Source: Candidatus Omnitrophota bacterium
Lineage (GTDB): Bacteria > Omnitrophota > Gorgyraeia > Zapsychrales > Fredricksoniimonadaceae
Assembly (NCBI GenBank): GCA_030650275.1
Contig: JAUSEK010000011.1
Coordinates: 9,890-73,889 of the forward strand
Direction of reading: 5' to 3'
DNA: 64,000 nucleotides
In this document: positions 32,212 through 41,333 of the stretch, piece by piece
Layout of the letters: every line of letters starts with the position of its first letter
Position numbering within the stretch: the first letter of the stretch is position 1
Notes under the pieces: model-generated
The model's database searches: none
Told to the model about the DNA's origin: nothing
The model's input: the letters and a program-made list of their open reading frames with translations, nothing else
Translations under genes and position numbers: made by a program

Positions 32212-32452
32212 AGAAGAGCAGGACCTGGTGGCATCGGTCGAGGCGGGTGAATGGAAGTCTGTTAAGAATTTGCTGGGTGAGAAGAGGCGTTATGCCATGA
32301 TCGCGCGGCATACGCTGCGCAAAGACAAGCGTATCAATATCCGCATTTCCCAACGCGACCTGGAGGGCCTTCAAGTGAAGGCCGTCCGTGAGGGCATTCC
32401 TTATCAGACCTTGATCTCCAGCGTCCTTCACAAATATGTCGCCGGCCGTTGA
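32198..32452 (+). CDS. BrnA-like antitoxin, second copy
   Basis: 84-aa protein overlapping the toxin gene by 14 bp; C-terminal RHH-like IRISQRDLEGLQVKAVREGIPYQTLISSVLHKY. Confidence 0.5.
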   Translation: MKLTKEEQDLVASVEAGEWKSVKNLLGEKRRYAMIARHTLRKDKRINIRISQRDLEGLQVKAVREGIPYQTLISSVLHKYVAGR

Positions 32453-32466
32453 CGGCAAAAATACTC

Positions 32467-32486
32467 CCTGCCTGCCGGCAGGCAGG
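32467..32486 (+). repeat. 20-bp perfect palindrome CCTGCCTGCCGGCAGGCAGG (identical copy at 37292-37311)
   Basis: Exact sequence identity of two copies, one intergenic and one inside a CDS. Confidence 0.6.
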
Positions 32487-32535
32487 CGTGTCGCGGAGTA
32501 ATGACGGTTAGCCAACAAGAAAATAAGGGGATCAT

Positions 32536-32631
32536 GTGAAGACAGATTTTAATAAGACGACATTTGTTTCCGACGGACAAGAGGCGAAGAAGACCGGGTA
32601 TCGTGTGCTGTGCGGCATGGTGTTCATATAA
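32536..32631 (+). pseudogene. Diverged duplicate of the 5' end of degT (32948), encoding VKTDFNKTTFVSDGQEAKKTGYRV...* (31 aa)
   Basis: ~80% nt identity to 32948-33040 including its own RBS; truncated by stop at 32629. Confidence 0.55.
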
Positions 32632-32637
32632 GGCAAG

Positions 32638-32934
32638 ATGAGAACAATTGAAGCATATAACAAATTTCAGCAGGGAGAACGGGAGATTCGCCAGAAGAAA
32701 GGTATTGCCCATAAAGAAGCCAAGAAAAGATTGGGTAAATGGAAAATCTACTCTGTTGGCAAAGAAAAATTTAATTTACTAACCATTCCAGGATATAATC
32801 TGGCATCAAAAGTTCTTTCTATGGATGAATATCTAAAATTTGTTCAATTCAATTTGGAGCATGGTTTTGATATGAAGTTTTATAGGAAGCTGAAAAGAAA
32901 AATGGCTGTGAATGAGCGCTTTGTGATCAAATGA
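32638..32934 (+). CDS. Hypothetical basic protein (98 aa), low GC, inserted between degT fragment and degT
   Basis: ORF with RBS-like GGCAAG upstream; no recognisable motif. Confidence 0.35.
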   Translation: MRTIEAYNKFQQGEREIRQKKGIAHKEAKKRLGKWKIYSVGKEKFNLLTIPGYNLASKVLSMDEYLKFVQFNLEHGFDMKFYRKLKRKMAVNERFVIK

Positions 32935-32947
32935 GAAAGGTGAACAA

Positions 32948-34144
32948 GTGAAAACATCAGATTTTAATAAAGCGACATTTGTTTCCGATGGTCAAGAGGC
33001 TAGGAAGGCGGGGTATAAGGTGCCGTTTGGGACGGTGTCTATTACACCCAAGGCCAAGAAGCTCATTGATGACGCGATTGACCGCCAGTGGTTGACCAAG
33101 GGCAAATACGTTAAAGAGTTTGAAGATAAGTTTGCTGCGCTGTTCGGTGTTAAATACGGCGTTGCGGTTTCCAGCGGCACGGATGCCGATGCTTTGGCTT
33201 GCGCCACTCTCTATGATTTTGGCGCCAAGCGCGGGGACGAGATCATTATCCCGGCTTTGACCTTTGTGGCCACGGGCAATGCGGTTTTGCAGGCGGGGTT
33301 GACGCCGGTCTTCGTTGACATCAAGCGCGAAACCTTGAACATTGACCCGGATAAGATCGAGGCCGCCATCACTAAGAAAACGCGCGCCATCATGCCCGTG
33401 CATTTGATGGGCAAGCCCGCGGACATGGACCGGATCATATCTATCGCCAAAAAACACAAATTGTATGTCATTGAGGACGCGGCCGAGGCCCACGGCGCCG
33501 AATATAAGGGTCAAAAGATCGGCGCCATCGGCGACATGGCGTGCTTCTCTTTATATGCCGCGCATATCATCACCACCATTGAAGGCGGCATGGTCATCAC
33601 CAATAATGAAAAAATGGCGGAGGTCTTAAGGTCCTTGCGCAATCACGGCATTGACGGGAAGTTCCGGTTCAAGCGCATCGGGTTTTCTTCCAAGATGAAT
33701 GAGATCGAGGCCGCGGTGGGATTGGGCAATATTGAGATCTTCCATGATATCCTTGAGAAACGCCGGCGCAATATTTTGTATCTTATCGACAAGTTCAAGA
33801 AATTTGATAAGTATTTCATTTACGTCAAGGAAGAGCCGGGCGAAAAACTGGGCCCCCATGCGTTTTCCATCATCGTCAAACCCGGGCAGAATTTCACCAA
33901 GGATGAGTTTGTCGCCTCTTTGGAGAAAGAAGGCGTAGATTCCCGCAATCTTTTTTATTCCATCCCGACGCAAACAGACAGTTACGCGTTCATGGGCCAT
34001 AAGCTCGGCGACTTTCCGGAAGCCGAGTTTTGTTCCGACAACGGCACGCACATCGGCTGTCATCAGGACATTGAGGTTGACCAGCTTGATCACGTCGTTG
34101 AGGTTACGGCCAAATTTCTCAAATCAAAGGGACACAACGTTTAG
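32948..34144 (+). CDS. DegT/DnrJ/EryC1/StrS-family PLP-dependent sugar aminotransferase
   Basis: PLP-lysine region and conserved VHLMGKPADMDRIISIAKKHKLYVIEDAAEAHGA. Confidence 0.85.
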   Translation: MKTSDFNKATFVSDGQEARKAGYKVPFGTVSITPKAKKLIDDAIDRQWLTKGKYVKEFEDKFAALFGVKYGVAVSSGTDADALACATLYDFGAKRGDEIIIPALTFVATGNAVLQAGLTPVFVDIKRETLNIDPDKIEAAITKKTRAIMPVHLMGKPADMDRIISIAKKHKLYVIEDAAEAHGAEYKGQKIGAIGDMACFSLYAAHIITTIEGGMVITNNEKMAEVLRSLRNHGIDGKFRFKRIGFSSKMNEIEAAVGLGNIEIFHDILEKRRRNILYLIDKFKKFDKYFIYVKEEPGEKLGPHAFSIIVKPGQNFTKDEFVASLEKEGVDSRNLFYSIPTQTDSYAFMGHKLGDFPEAEFCSDNGTHIGCHQDIEVDQLDHVVEVTAKFLKSKGHNV

Positions 34145-34147
34145 AGC

Positions 34148-35260
34148 ATGCGCATCGCCATCAACTGCCGTTCCATTCTCAAACCCCAAAGGACCGGCAT
34201 CGGGCGCTACACCCATCATTTGATCAAGGCCCTGGCCCGGGCAGACCATGCCAACGATTATGTTCTTTACGCGCCGCGCGGCATTTTTAACTTCAAACGC
34301 GTCAACCCTTCTTCGCCCGCGCCCAATTTCAAAGTCCGGCGTGATTGTTTCTCCCTGGGGCCGGAAAAAGTTTGCGGTCCCGTGGACGTGTATCATTTGC
34401 CCAGCCCGGATTTTTTGGGCGCGCTGCGCTGTAAGGTCGTCGTGACCGTCCATGATCTCATTGACAAGGCCTATCCTCAAAGCCATACCCCGCAGACCAT
34501 TGACTTAAGCGACCGCAAGATGAAGGACGTGGTCGGGCGGGCGGACAAGATCATTTGTTGTTCCCAAACCACCCGTGATGACCTGCACCGGTTCTTTAAG
34601 GTGGACGCGGCGCGCACATGCGTTATTTATCAGGGTGTTGACCGCACGGTCTTTTTTCCGTTGGCGCCGGATGAAGAGGAGTATGCCGAGGGCGTCCTTA
34701 AAGGTCTGGGGGTAACACAGCCGTTCATCCTTTTTGTCGGGACCATTGAACCGCGCAAGAATTTATCCAATTTGCTGGAGGCCTTTGCCGGGCTTAAGGC
34801 CAAAAAGAAATTTTCCGGAAAATTGGTTATCGTCGGGACGAAAGGGTGGATGATGGATCCCCTGGCCGACACGCTCAACCACAAGGGCTTAAGCAATGAA
34901 GTGGTTTTCTTGGGTTATGTTACGGACGAACAATTGCGTGTTTTGTATCATAAAACCGAGGTGTTCGTGTTCCCGTCATTGTATGAGGGCTTTGGATTTC
35001 CCATCGTTGAGGCCTTTGCCTGCGGGGCCGCGGTGGTGGCCAGCAACACTTCGTCCTGCGCCGAGGTGGCCGGGGATTCCGCCTTGACCGTAGCACCCCA
35101 ACCGCAGGATATCGCGGCAGGCATTTTACGCGTGATCGAAGACCCCTCCCTGAAAGCGTCTTTGAAGGCCAAAGGCCTTCAACGGGCAGATCAATTTTCT
35201 TTTGATGCGACGGCCCGCCGGACGCTGGATGTTTATCAAGAGGTAAACCATGTCCGTTAA
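34148..35260 (+). CDS. Glycosyltransferase family 4
   Basis: EPRKN...FVFPSLYEGFGFPIVEAFACGAAVV GT4 signature. Confidence 0.8.
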   Translation: MRIAINCRSILKPQRTGIGRYTHHLIKALARADHANDYVLYAPRGIFNFKRVNPSSPAPNFKVRRDCFSLGPEKVCGPVDVYHLPSPDFLGALRCKVVVTVHDLIDKAYPQSHTPQTIDLSDRKMKDVVGRADKIICCSQTTRDDLHRFFKVDAARTCVIYQGVDRTVFFPLAPDEEEYAEGVLKGLGVTQPFILFVGTIEPRKNLSNLLEAFAGLKAKKKFSGKLVIVGTKGWMMDPLADTLNHKGLSNEVVFLGYVTDEQLRVLYHKTEVFVFPSLYEGFGFPIVEAFACGAAVVASNTSSCAEVAGDSALTVAPQPQDIAAGILRVIEDPSLKASLKAKGLQRADQFSFDATARRTLDVYQEVNHVR

Positions 35261-35852
35261 GCTCAATCTGGGATGCGGGACCAAAAAGAAGGACGGGTGG
35301 GTCAACATTGATTCCGCCGCAGAGTGCCATCCGGACATTCTCCACGACCTGTCCGAACCCCTGCCCTTTGAAGACCAGTCAGCCGAGGAGATATTCGCCG
35401 ACGCTGTTCTGGAGCATTTTGACAAATACGCCCGGTATTTCATCGTTTATCATTGGACGAGGGTGCTCAAGGTGGGCGGTGTGGTGACGATCGGCGTCCC
35501 CAATTTCCAGAAGATCATCCACCGGTACCTGAAGTGGCGATTTGATGATTTCGTGGACACCATTTTCGGCGAGACCATGTGGGAATCGCGCTATTACCTC
35601 GGCCATTTCGGCAGTCATAAATGGGGCTATTCCGAAAAAAGTTTGAAGGCCTTCCTTGAGATCTTCGGGATCACCGGCATCACCGTTGAAAAGCAGGGTC
35701 TGGTCCTGATGGCCCGGGGACAAAAAACCCGGCATGTTCCTTATCAGGACCTGAAAGATCTTCAGATCTATTCTCCCAATAATGCCTGCGGCACGGGTAA
35801 ACCGTATATGACCCTGGAAGAAGTGCGAAAGGCCGCGGGGTTTAAAATCTAA
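35250..35852 (+). CDS. Class I SAM-dependent methyltransferase
   Basis: LNLGCGTKKKDGWVNID motif I. Confidence 0.65.
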   Translation: MSVKLNLGCGTKKKDGWVNIDSAAECHPDILHDLSEPLPFEDQSAEEIFADAVLEHFDKYARYFIVYHWTRVLKVGGVVTIGVPNFQKIIHRYLKWRFDDFVDTIFGETMWESRYYLGHFGSHKWGYSEKSLKAFLEIFGITGITVEKQGLVLMARGQKTRHVPYQDLKDLQIYSPNNACGTGKPYMTLEEVRKAAGFKI

Positions 35853-35863
35853 GAGGTCAACTG

Positions 35864-36715
35864 TTGAAAGTCAGCGGTTTCACCATTGTCCGCAACGCGG
35901 TCAAATTCCATTATCCGGTCGTTGCCTCCATCACGTCCATTTTGCCCATTTGTGATGAATTCATCGTCAATGTCGGCGATTCCGACGACGGGACATTGGA
36001 CCTTGTCCGTTCCATCAAAGACCCCAAGATCAAGATCGTACAGACGGTTTGGGACATGACACAAGGGTCGGCCGTGCTCTCCGAGCAAACCAATATCGCT
36101 CTTTCGCATTGCGCGGGCGATTGGGCCTTTTATCTTCAGACCGACGAGGTGATCCATGAGGCGGACCTGCCGCGTCTGCGCTCCTGCATGCGCCGGTATT
36201 GGCATGACCCGTCCGTGGATACCTTGAGATTCAAATGGCTGCATTTTTACGGCAGTTTCTGGCGTTACCGCATTGATGCCGGCTGGTATCAAAAACAGGA
36301 CCGCATCATCCGCAATAACGGCACAATAGAGTCCCACGGCGACGCGTTCAGTTTTCAGCGCAAAGACCGGACCCCGTTAAGGCGAAAAAATACAGAATGT
36401 CTGCTGTATCATTATGGCTGGGTGCATTCGGGGACGTTGATGGCACACCGCCTGTCCAATGCCGTCGGCATCGGTTATGCCGCCCCTGGCCCCGCCATAG
36501 GCGGGGCAGACAGCAGTATTTATGATTACGGCGACCTGGACCGTTTCCCCATTTATTTCGGCACCCATCCCGCGGTCATGCAAGAGGCCATTGAGGCGCA
36601 TGCTTTAAGCTCTGCGGACTGGCAGACCATCAGGCGCCGCCATCGGTTCAATCCTTTTTTACTGGCCCGCCTGCGGTACAAGACATTCAAACGCGTGAGG
36701 CATAAAATTGAATAG
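35864..36715 (+). CDS. Glycosyltransferase-like protein (GT-A fold?)
   Basis: FTIVRNA...DEFIVNVGDSDDGT N-terminal pattern resembling GT2-like proteins; weak. Confidence 0.4.
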   Translation: MKVSGFTIVRNAVKFHYPVVASITSILPICDEFIVNVGDSDDGTLDLVRSIKDPKIKIVQTVWDMTQGSAVLSEQTNIALSHCAGDWAFYLQTDEVIHEADLPRLRSCMRRYWHDPSVDTLRFKWLHFYGSFWRYRIDAGWYQKQDRIIRNNGTIESHGDAFSFQRKDRTPLRRKNTECLLYHYGWVHSGTLMAHRLSNAVGIGYAAPGPAIGGADSSIYDYGDLDRFPIYFGTHPAVMQEAIEAHALSSADWQTIRRRHRFNPFLLARLRYKTFKRVRHKIE

Positions 36716-38360
36716 ATCGGCCGGAAAAGACATTTTTCTCCTGTCCTTTTTGATCATCCTGGCCACGCTCCATCCTTTTTTCTTAAGGACACAGATCAAC
36801 CTTTTTGAACTGGGGCTTTATTTGCCCGGCATTGACGCCATCATGAAAGGCCTGGTGCCTTTTAAGGATTTCTTTTATTTGCGCGGGCCTTTTGAATTGT
36901 ATCCGCCGGCTTTTTTGATGCAGGTGTTCGGCGCGCAGACCGCGGTGCTTGCAACATATTTTTACGCCACGACGGTATTATGTTTGATTTTGGGCGTTGT
37001 GATCGCCCGGCAGGTCCTGGCCGGCAGGGTTTTTTTATATTTGCTGGCGTCTGTATTAGTAGCGCGTACGTTTCCCCGCGTCGTATTCACCTATTGGGGC
37101 GGCATGCGTTATGCCTGGGGGCTGTTGGCTGTCCTTTGCGCTGTCAAATTCTTTAAAACGCGCCAATGGCCCTGGCTGGCCGCGGCCGGTGTCATGACCG
37201 CCGTCGGGGGATTGGCCAGCATTGAGATCGGCTTGAGCGCCGGCGCTGCGGTCGCGGCCGTTCTGATCCTCCGGGCCTGTTACGAAAAAGACCTGCCTGC
37301 CGGCAGGCAGGACCGCGCTTCGTTGGTCCGGTTCTTTGGGATCTTTTGCGCCGCTGTTTTGGCCGTGGTGCTTCCTTATTTTTGTTATCTTTATGTTCAC
37401 GGTGGTTTATATCCTTATCTGGACGGCGTTTATCAGGTGGCCACCCGCATGGGGGCCACATTTTTGCAAACCGAGCCGGTGCCGCAAAATCCGCTTGAGG
37501 CGCTGGGGGCTTTGCTCAACCCCGTTAACAAAAATTTCCGGCAGATGACCCCGGTTTTTTGTTATCTGGCCGCGGCCGGATATGGGGGATATTTGTGGCA
37601 GCGGCGTAAAATAACGCCGGTGGATATGGGTGTGGCGGTCATTGCCGTCTACGCCCTGATGATCTACGTCACCGGGTTCCGCAATTTATGGGCTTCGGTT
37701 TTTGAAATGTCCCTGTTGCCGGAAAAGATCGTCCTATTTTTTCTTTTGGAACGGTTATTTTTTTATTTAAAGCAGACCGAAACACGCAAGGCGTTGGCTT
37801 GGGTCGTGCTGGGGGCGGTTGCGGTTTCTTCGCTGGGGTATGCGTTGAGCCATGTTAATAAAAGGTTTTATGCTTTCAAATGGCTGGCGCACACCGTATC
37901 CGGAAAAAACACATCCTCTGTTCTGCCGTTGGCAAACCAGCCGGTCAGGGCCGTTGCTGTTGAGCGTTTGCGCGGTTTTGTCGTGCCGCAACAGCAGGCC
38001 GTGGACGTGGAAGGGGTGGTGAATTTTTTGGTCGCTCATACCCGCAGGGATGAACCGGTCCTGATGTTCCCTGAACTGGGGGCATTGCATTTTTTTGCCG
38101 ACAGGCCCTGGGCCGGACGTTTTTCCATGCCGACGCTGTCATGGATCAAGGAGGGCTGGCACCGCGAGTTCATGGCGGACCTGGAGAATTTTAAGCCGCG
38201 CTATGCCGTGGTCAATAAAAAAGCCCCGGACTATTTTCAGGCCTCGTATTTTTCCGTCGCGGACAACCGGCGGCGTTTTGATGAGGCGATGCAATATATT
38301 GAAACTCATTACCGCGATATTACCCAAACCCCGTCCTACAGGATCCTTGAGCGCAGATGA
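36708..38360 (+). CDS. Large polytopic membrane protein, possible GT-C-type glycosyltransferase/polymerase-like
   Basis: >10 predicted TM helices then ~120-aa soluble C-terminal domain; located in glycan cluster. Confidence 0.45.
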   Translation: MNRSAGKDIFLLSFLIILATLHPFFLRTQINLFELGLYLPGIDAIMKGLVPFKDFFYLRGPFELYPPAFLMQVFGAQTAVLATYFYATTVLCLILGVVIARQVLAGRVFLYLLASVLVARTFPRVVFTYWGGMRYAWGLLAVLCAVKFFKTRQWPWLAAAGVMTAVGGLASIEIGLSAGAAVAAVLILRACYEKDLPAGRQDRASLVRFFGIFCAAVLAVVLPYFCYLYVHGGLYPYLDGVYQVATRMGATFLQTEPVPQNPLEALGALLNPVNKNFRQMTPVFCYLAAAGYGGYLWQRRKITPVDMGVAVIAVYALMIYVTGFRNLWASVFEMSLLPEKIVLFFLLERLFFYLKQTETRKALAWVVLGAVAVSSLGYALSHVNKRFYAFKWLAHTVSGKNTSSVLPLANQPVRAVAVERLRGFVVPQQQAVDVEGVVNFLVAHTRRDEPVLMFPELGALHFFADRPWAGRFSMPTLSWIKEGWHREFMADLENFKPRYAVVNKKAPDYFQASYFSVADNRRRFDEAMQYIETHYRDITQTPSYRILERR

Positions 38361-39403
38361 TGAACAAGATCTTAATTGTTAATCCGTTCGGCATCGGCGA
38401 CGTGCTTTTTACAACGCCTGTCATCGCCAATCTGCGCCTGGCCTCTCCCGTCGCGGCCATCGCCTATCTGGCCAATGCCCGCACCGCGCCCGTGCTTCGG
38501 GCCGATCCCCGCATCCAGGAGGTTTTTGTTTATGAACGCGACGCATTCAACGCAGCCAAATGGGTTGACTTATGGACGCGTGTGCGGCGCTCAGGATTTG
38601 ACACCGTTTTTGATTTTTCCATGAATGAAGGCATCGGTTTTTTCCTGATGTCCTGCGGCATTCCCCGGCGCATTGGTTTCAATTACCGCAACCGCGGCCG
38701 TTTTTTAACGGACAAGACCCCTTTGGCCGGTTATGAAGACAAACATGTCGTTGACCATTATCTGGACCTTTTACAACGCCGGGGGATCCCCGTTGTTGAA
38801 CGGACGATCACTTTTCCCATGACCGATGCTGACCGGGACTGGGCCGGCCAATGGCTTACTGCCAACGGTATCGGGCAGGGAAAGCAATGTATCGCGGTTG
38901 TGCCCGGGGGAGGGGCTAGCTGGGGGGAAGCGGCCAAATATAAACGCTGGCCCGCGGCAAAATACGCTGATTTAGTGGACAAAATCGTTGAAAAATCATC
39001 CTCGGAGATTATACTGATGGGTGATCCGAAAGAAAAAGATCTGTGCGCGGACATTGTCCGTTCCGGACGCCCTGCCCCGCCGGTAGGCGGGGGGCGAGTG
39101 CATAATGCCGCCGGGCAAACCACGCTGGGCCAAATGGCGGCTTTGTTGACGAATTGCCGTTTGGCCGTGGTCAATGACGGCGGGCCTTTGCATATCGCGG
39201 CCGCCTGCAGGGTCAGGACCGTTTCCATTTTTGGGCCGGTGGATCCGGTGGTGTATGGACCTTATCCCGCCGACGGGCATGTTGTCGTCCGTAAAGGTCT
39301 GGCATGCCAGCCCTGTTACCGGCGTTTCCGCATGGCCTCCTGCGGTCACATCAGCTGTTTGAATGATCTATCGGTTGAGGACGTGTTTCGGCATTTATCG
39401 TAG
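38357..39403 (+). CDS. Glycosyltransferase family 9 (LPS heptosyltransferase-like)
   Basis: ILIVNPFGIGDVLFTTPVI N-terminus and C-terminal GT9 pattern NDGGPLHIAAA. Confidence 0.8.
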   Translation: MMNKILIVNPFGIGDVLFTTPVIANLRLASPVAAIAYLANARTAPVLRADPRIQEVFVYERDAFNAAKWVDLWTRVRRSGFDTVFDFSMNEGIGFFLMSCGIPRRIGFNYRNRGRFLTDKTPLAGYEDKHVVDHYLDLLQRRGIPVVERTITFPMTDADRDWAGQWLTANGIGQGKQCIAVVPGGGASWGEAAKYKRWPAAKYADLVDKIVEKSSSEIILMGDPKEKDLCADIVRSGRPAPPVGGGRVHNAAGQTTLGQMAALLTNCRLAVVNDGGPLHIAAACRVRTVSIFGPVDPVVYGPYPADGHVVVRKGLACQPCYRRFRMASCGHISCLNDLSVEDVFRHLS

Positions 39404-39441
39404 AGACGCAGCAATGCTGCGTCTGTACATAGAAAGGTGTT

Positions 39442-40542
39442 ATGAGCGTTCCGTTCGTTGATTTCAAGGAACAAAACCGGATGATCCGCGGGGAAGTGGA
39501 TGCCGGGTTCATGAAGGTTTTTGAAAAAGGCGATTTTATCCTTGGCGAAGAGGCCCAGACCTTTGAAAAAAGTTTCGCCAAATATTGCGACGCGGCCTAC
39601 GGGGTCGGGGTCAATTCCGGTACCGACGCCCTTTATCTGGCCTTGTCCGCCCTGGATATCAGGGAAGGGGACGAGGTCATTGTCCCGACGCATACGTTCA
39701 TTGCCACGGCCCTGTGCGTTTCTTTCGCGGGCGCCAAGGCAGTGTTCGCGGACATTGAACCGGACACGTACAATATTGACCCCAAGTCCTTTGAACGGGC
39801 CATCACCCCGCGCACCAAGGCGGTCATTCCCGTGCACATTTATGGCCAGCCGGCGGACATGGATGAGATCACCGCCATTGCCCGCAAACACGGCATCAAG
39901 ATCGTTGAGGACGCGGCCCAGGCCCATGGTTCCCGTTATAAGGGAAAACGCGCCGGCTCCCTGGGGGACGTGGCGGGCTTCAGTTTTTATCCGACCAAAG
40001 GCCTCGGCGCCTGCGGGGACGCGGGCATGATCGTCACCAATGACCGGGCCATTTACGAAAAAGCCCTGATGCTGCGCGACTACGGCCGCAAGGGGCGCTA
40101 CGAGCATAAGATCAAGGGGCATAATTCGCGGCTGGACACTATCCAGGCCGTGGTCCTTAATGCCAAATTAAAACATCTTGACGCGTGGAACGCCCTGCGT
40201 GCCAAAATCGCGGCCCGTTACGCCGAACTTTTAAAACCGCTCAAGGTTGTCACGCCCGTCACCAAAAGCGACCGCACGCACGTTTTTCAGACCTATGCCG
40301 TGCGCGTGCCCAACCGCGACAAAGTGGTGGAGCGTATGAATGCCAAAGGGGTGAGCGTGCTGATCCATTATCCCATTCCCCTGCATTTGCAGGAGGCCTA
40401 CGCGGAACTGGGGCACGTCCAAGGGGATTTTCCCGTGGCTGAAAAGGTGTCTTCCGACATCATGTCCTTGCCCATGTTCCCGCATATGACCGGAGAACAG
40501 GTCGAGGCCGTGGTCGCGGCCCTCAAGGAGTCCATGGCGTGA
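39442..40542 (+). CDS. DegT/DnrJ/EryC1/StrS-family PLP-dependent sugar aminotransferase (second)
   Basis: Same family signature as 32948 gene (VHIYGQPADMDEITAIARKHGIKIVEDAAQAHGS). Confidence 0.85.
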   Translation: MSVPFVDFKEQNRMIRGEVDAGFMKVFEKGDFILGEEAQTFEKSFAKYCDAAYGVGVNSGTDALYLALSALDIREGDEVIVPTHTFIATALCVSFAGAKAVFADIEPDTYNIDPKSFERAITPRTKAVIPVHIYGQPADMDEITAIARKHGIKIVEDAAQAHGSRYKGKRAGSLGDVAGFSFYPTKGLGACGDAGMIVTNDRAIYEKALMLRDYGRKGRYEHKIKGHNSRLDTIQAVVLNAKLKHLDAWNALRAKIAARYAELLKPLKVVTPVTKSDRTHVFQTYAVRVPNRDKVVERMNAKGVSVLIHYPIPLHLQEAYAELGHVQGDFPVAEKVSSDIMSLPMFPHMTGEQVEAVVAALKESMA

Positions 40543-41297
40543 AACTCCCCTTGTCCGTCGTGATCATCACCAAGAACGAAGAACGCAACATGCACGACTG
40601 TCTCAAAAGCGTTGTTGATTGGGCGGATGAGATCGTTGTTGTGGATGATGAGAGCACGGACAAGACCGTTGCGATCGCCGGGCAGTATGGGGCAAAAGTT
40701 TATCACCGCAAAATGGACAATGAAGGCATTCACCGCAACTGGGCCTATGCCCAGGCAAAGAATGAATGGGTTTTGAGTTTAGACGCCGACGAGATGGTCA
40801 GTCCCCAATTGCGCGACGAATTGATCGCGGTCTTGCCGTCCACCCAATTCCACGCCTTTGACATGCCTTTGCGCAATTATATCGGCAAATACTGGGTCAA
40901 ACATTCCGGCTGGTATCCGGCGGGGAAGTTGCGTCTTTTTATGAAAAGCCGTTTCAAATATGAAGAGGTCGGCGTGCATCCGCGTGTTTTCCTGAAAGGG
41001 GACACCGGGCATTTGACCAAGGACATCATCCACAAGGGTTATCCGGACTTTGAGCATTTTTTGGCCTCGCTCAACCGCCAGACAACGCTGGAGGCGGAAA
41101 AATGGATAGAGACCGGCCGCAAAATGACATTGGGTGTCGCGGTCTGGCGCGCGGTGGACAGGTTTTTCCGTAGCTTCATCGGCAAGAAAGGGTATAAGGA
41201 CGGGTTCGTGGGGTTTATGATCGCGTTTTTTGCCATGCTTTACCAGGTGATGAGTTACGCGAAATATTACGAGCGTATCAAGGGAATTAGATCGTAG
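40539..41297 (+). CDS. Glycosyltransferase family 2
   Basis: LSVVIITKNEE...EIVVVDDESTDKT GT2 DxD context. Confidence 0.8.
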   Translation: MKLPLSVVIITKNEERNMHDCLKSVVDWADEIVVVDDESTDKTVAIAGQYGAKVYHRKMDNEGIHRNWAYAQAKNEWVLSLDADEMVSPQLRDELIAVLPSTQFHAFDMPLRNYIGKYWVKHSGWYPAGKLRLFMKSRFKYEEVGVHPRVFLKGDTGHLTKDIIHKGYPDFEHFLASLNRQTTLEAEKWIETGRKMTLGVAVWRAVDRFFRSFIGKKGYKDGFVGFMIAFFAMLYQVMSYAKYYERIKGIRS

Positions 41298-41316
41298 GGG
41301 CCGGGCATGCCCGGCC
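41297..41316 (+). repeat. 20-bp perfect GC palindrome GGGCCGGGCATGCCCGGCCC between GT2 and gmhB
   Basis: Perfect inverted repeat; no downstream T-tract. Confidence 0.4.
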
Positions 41317-41333
41317 CGTACAGGGAATATCAT

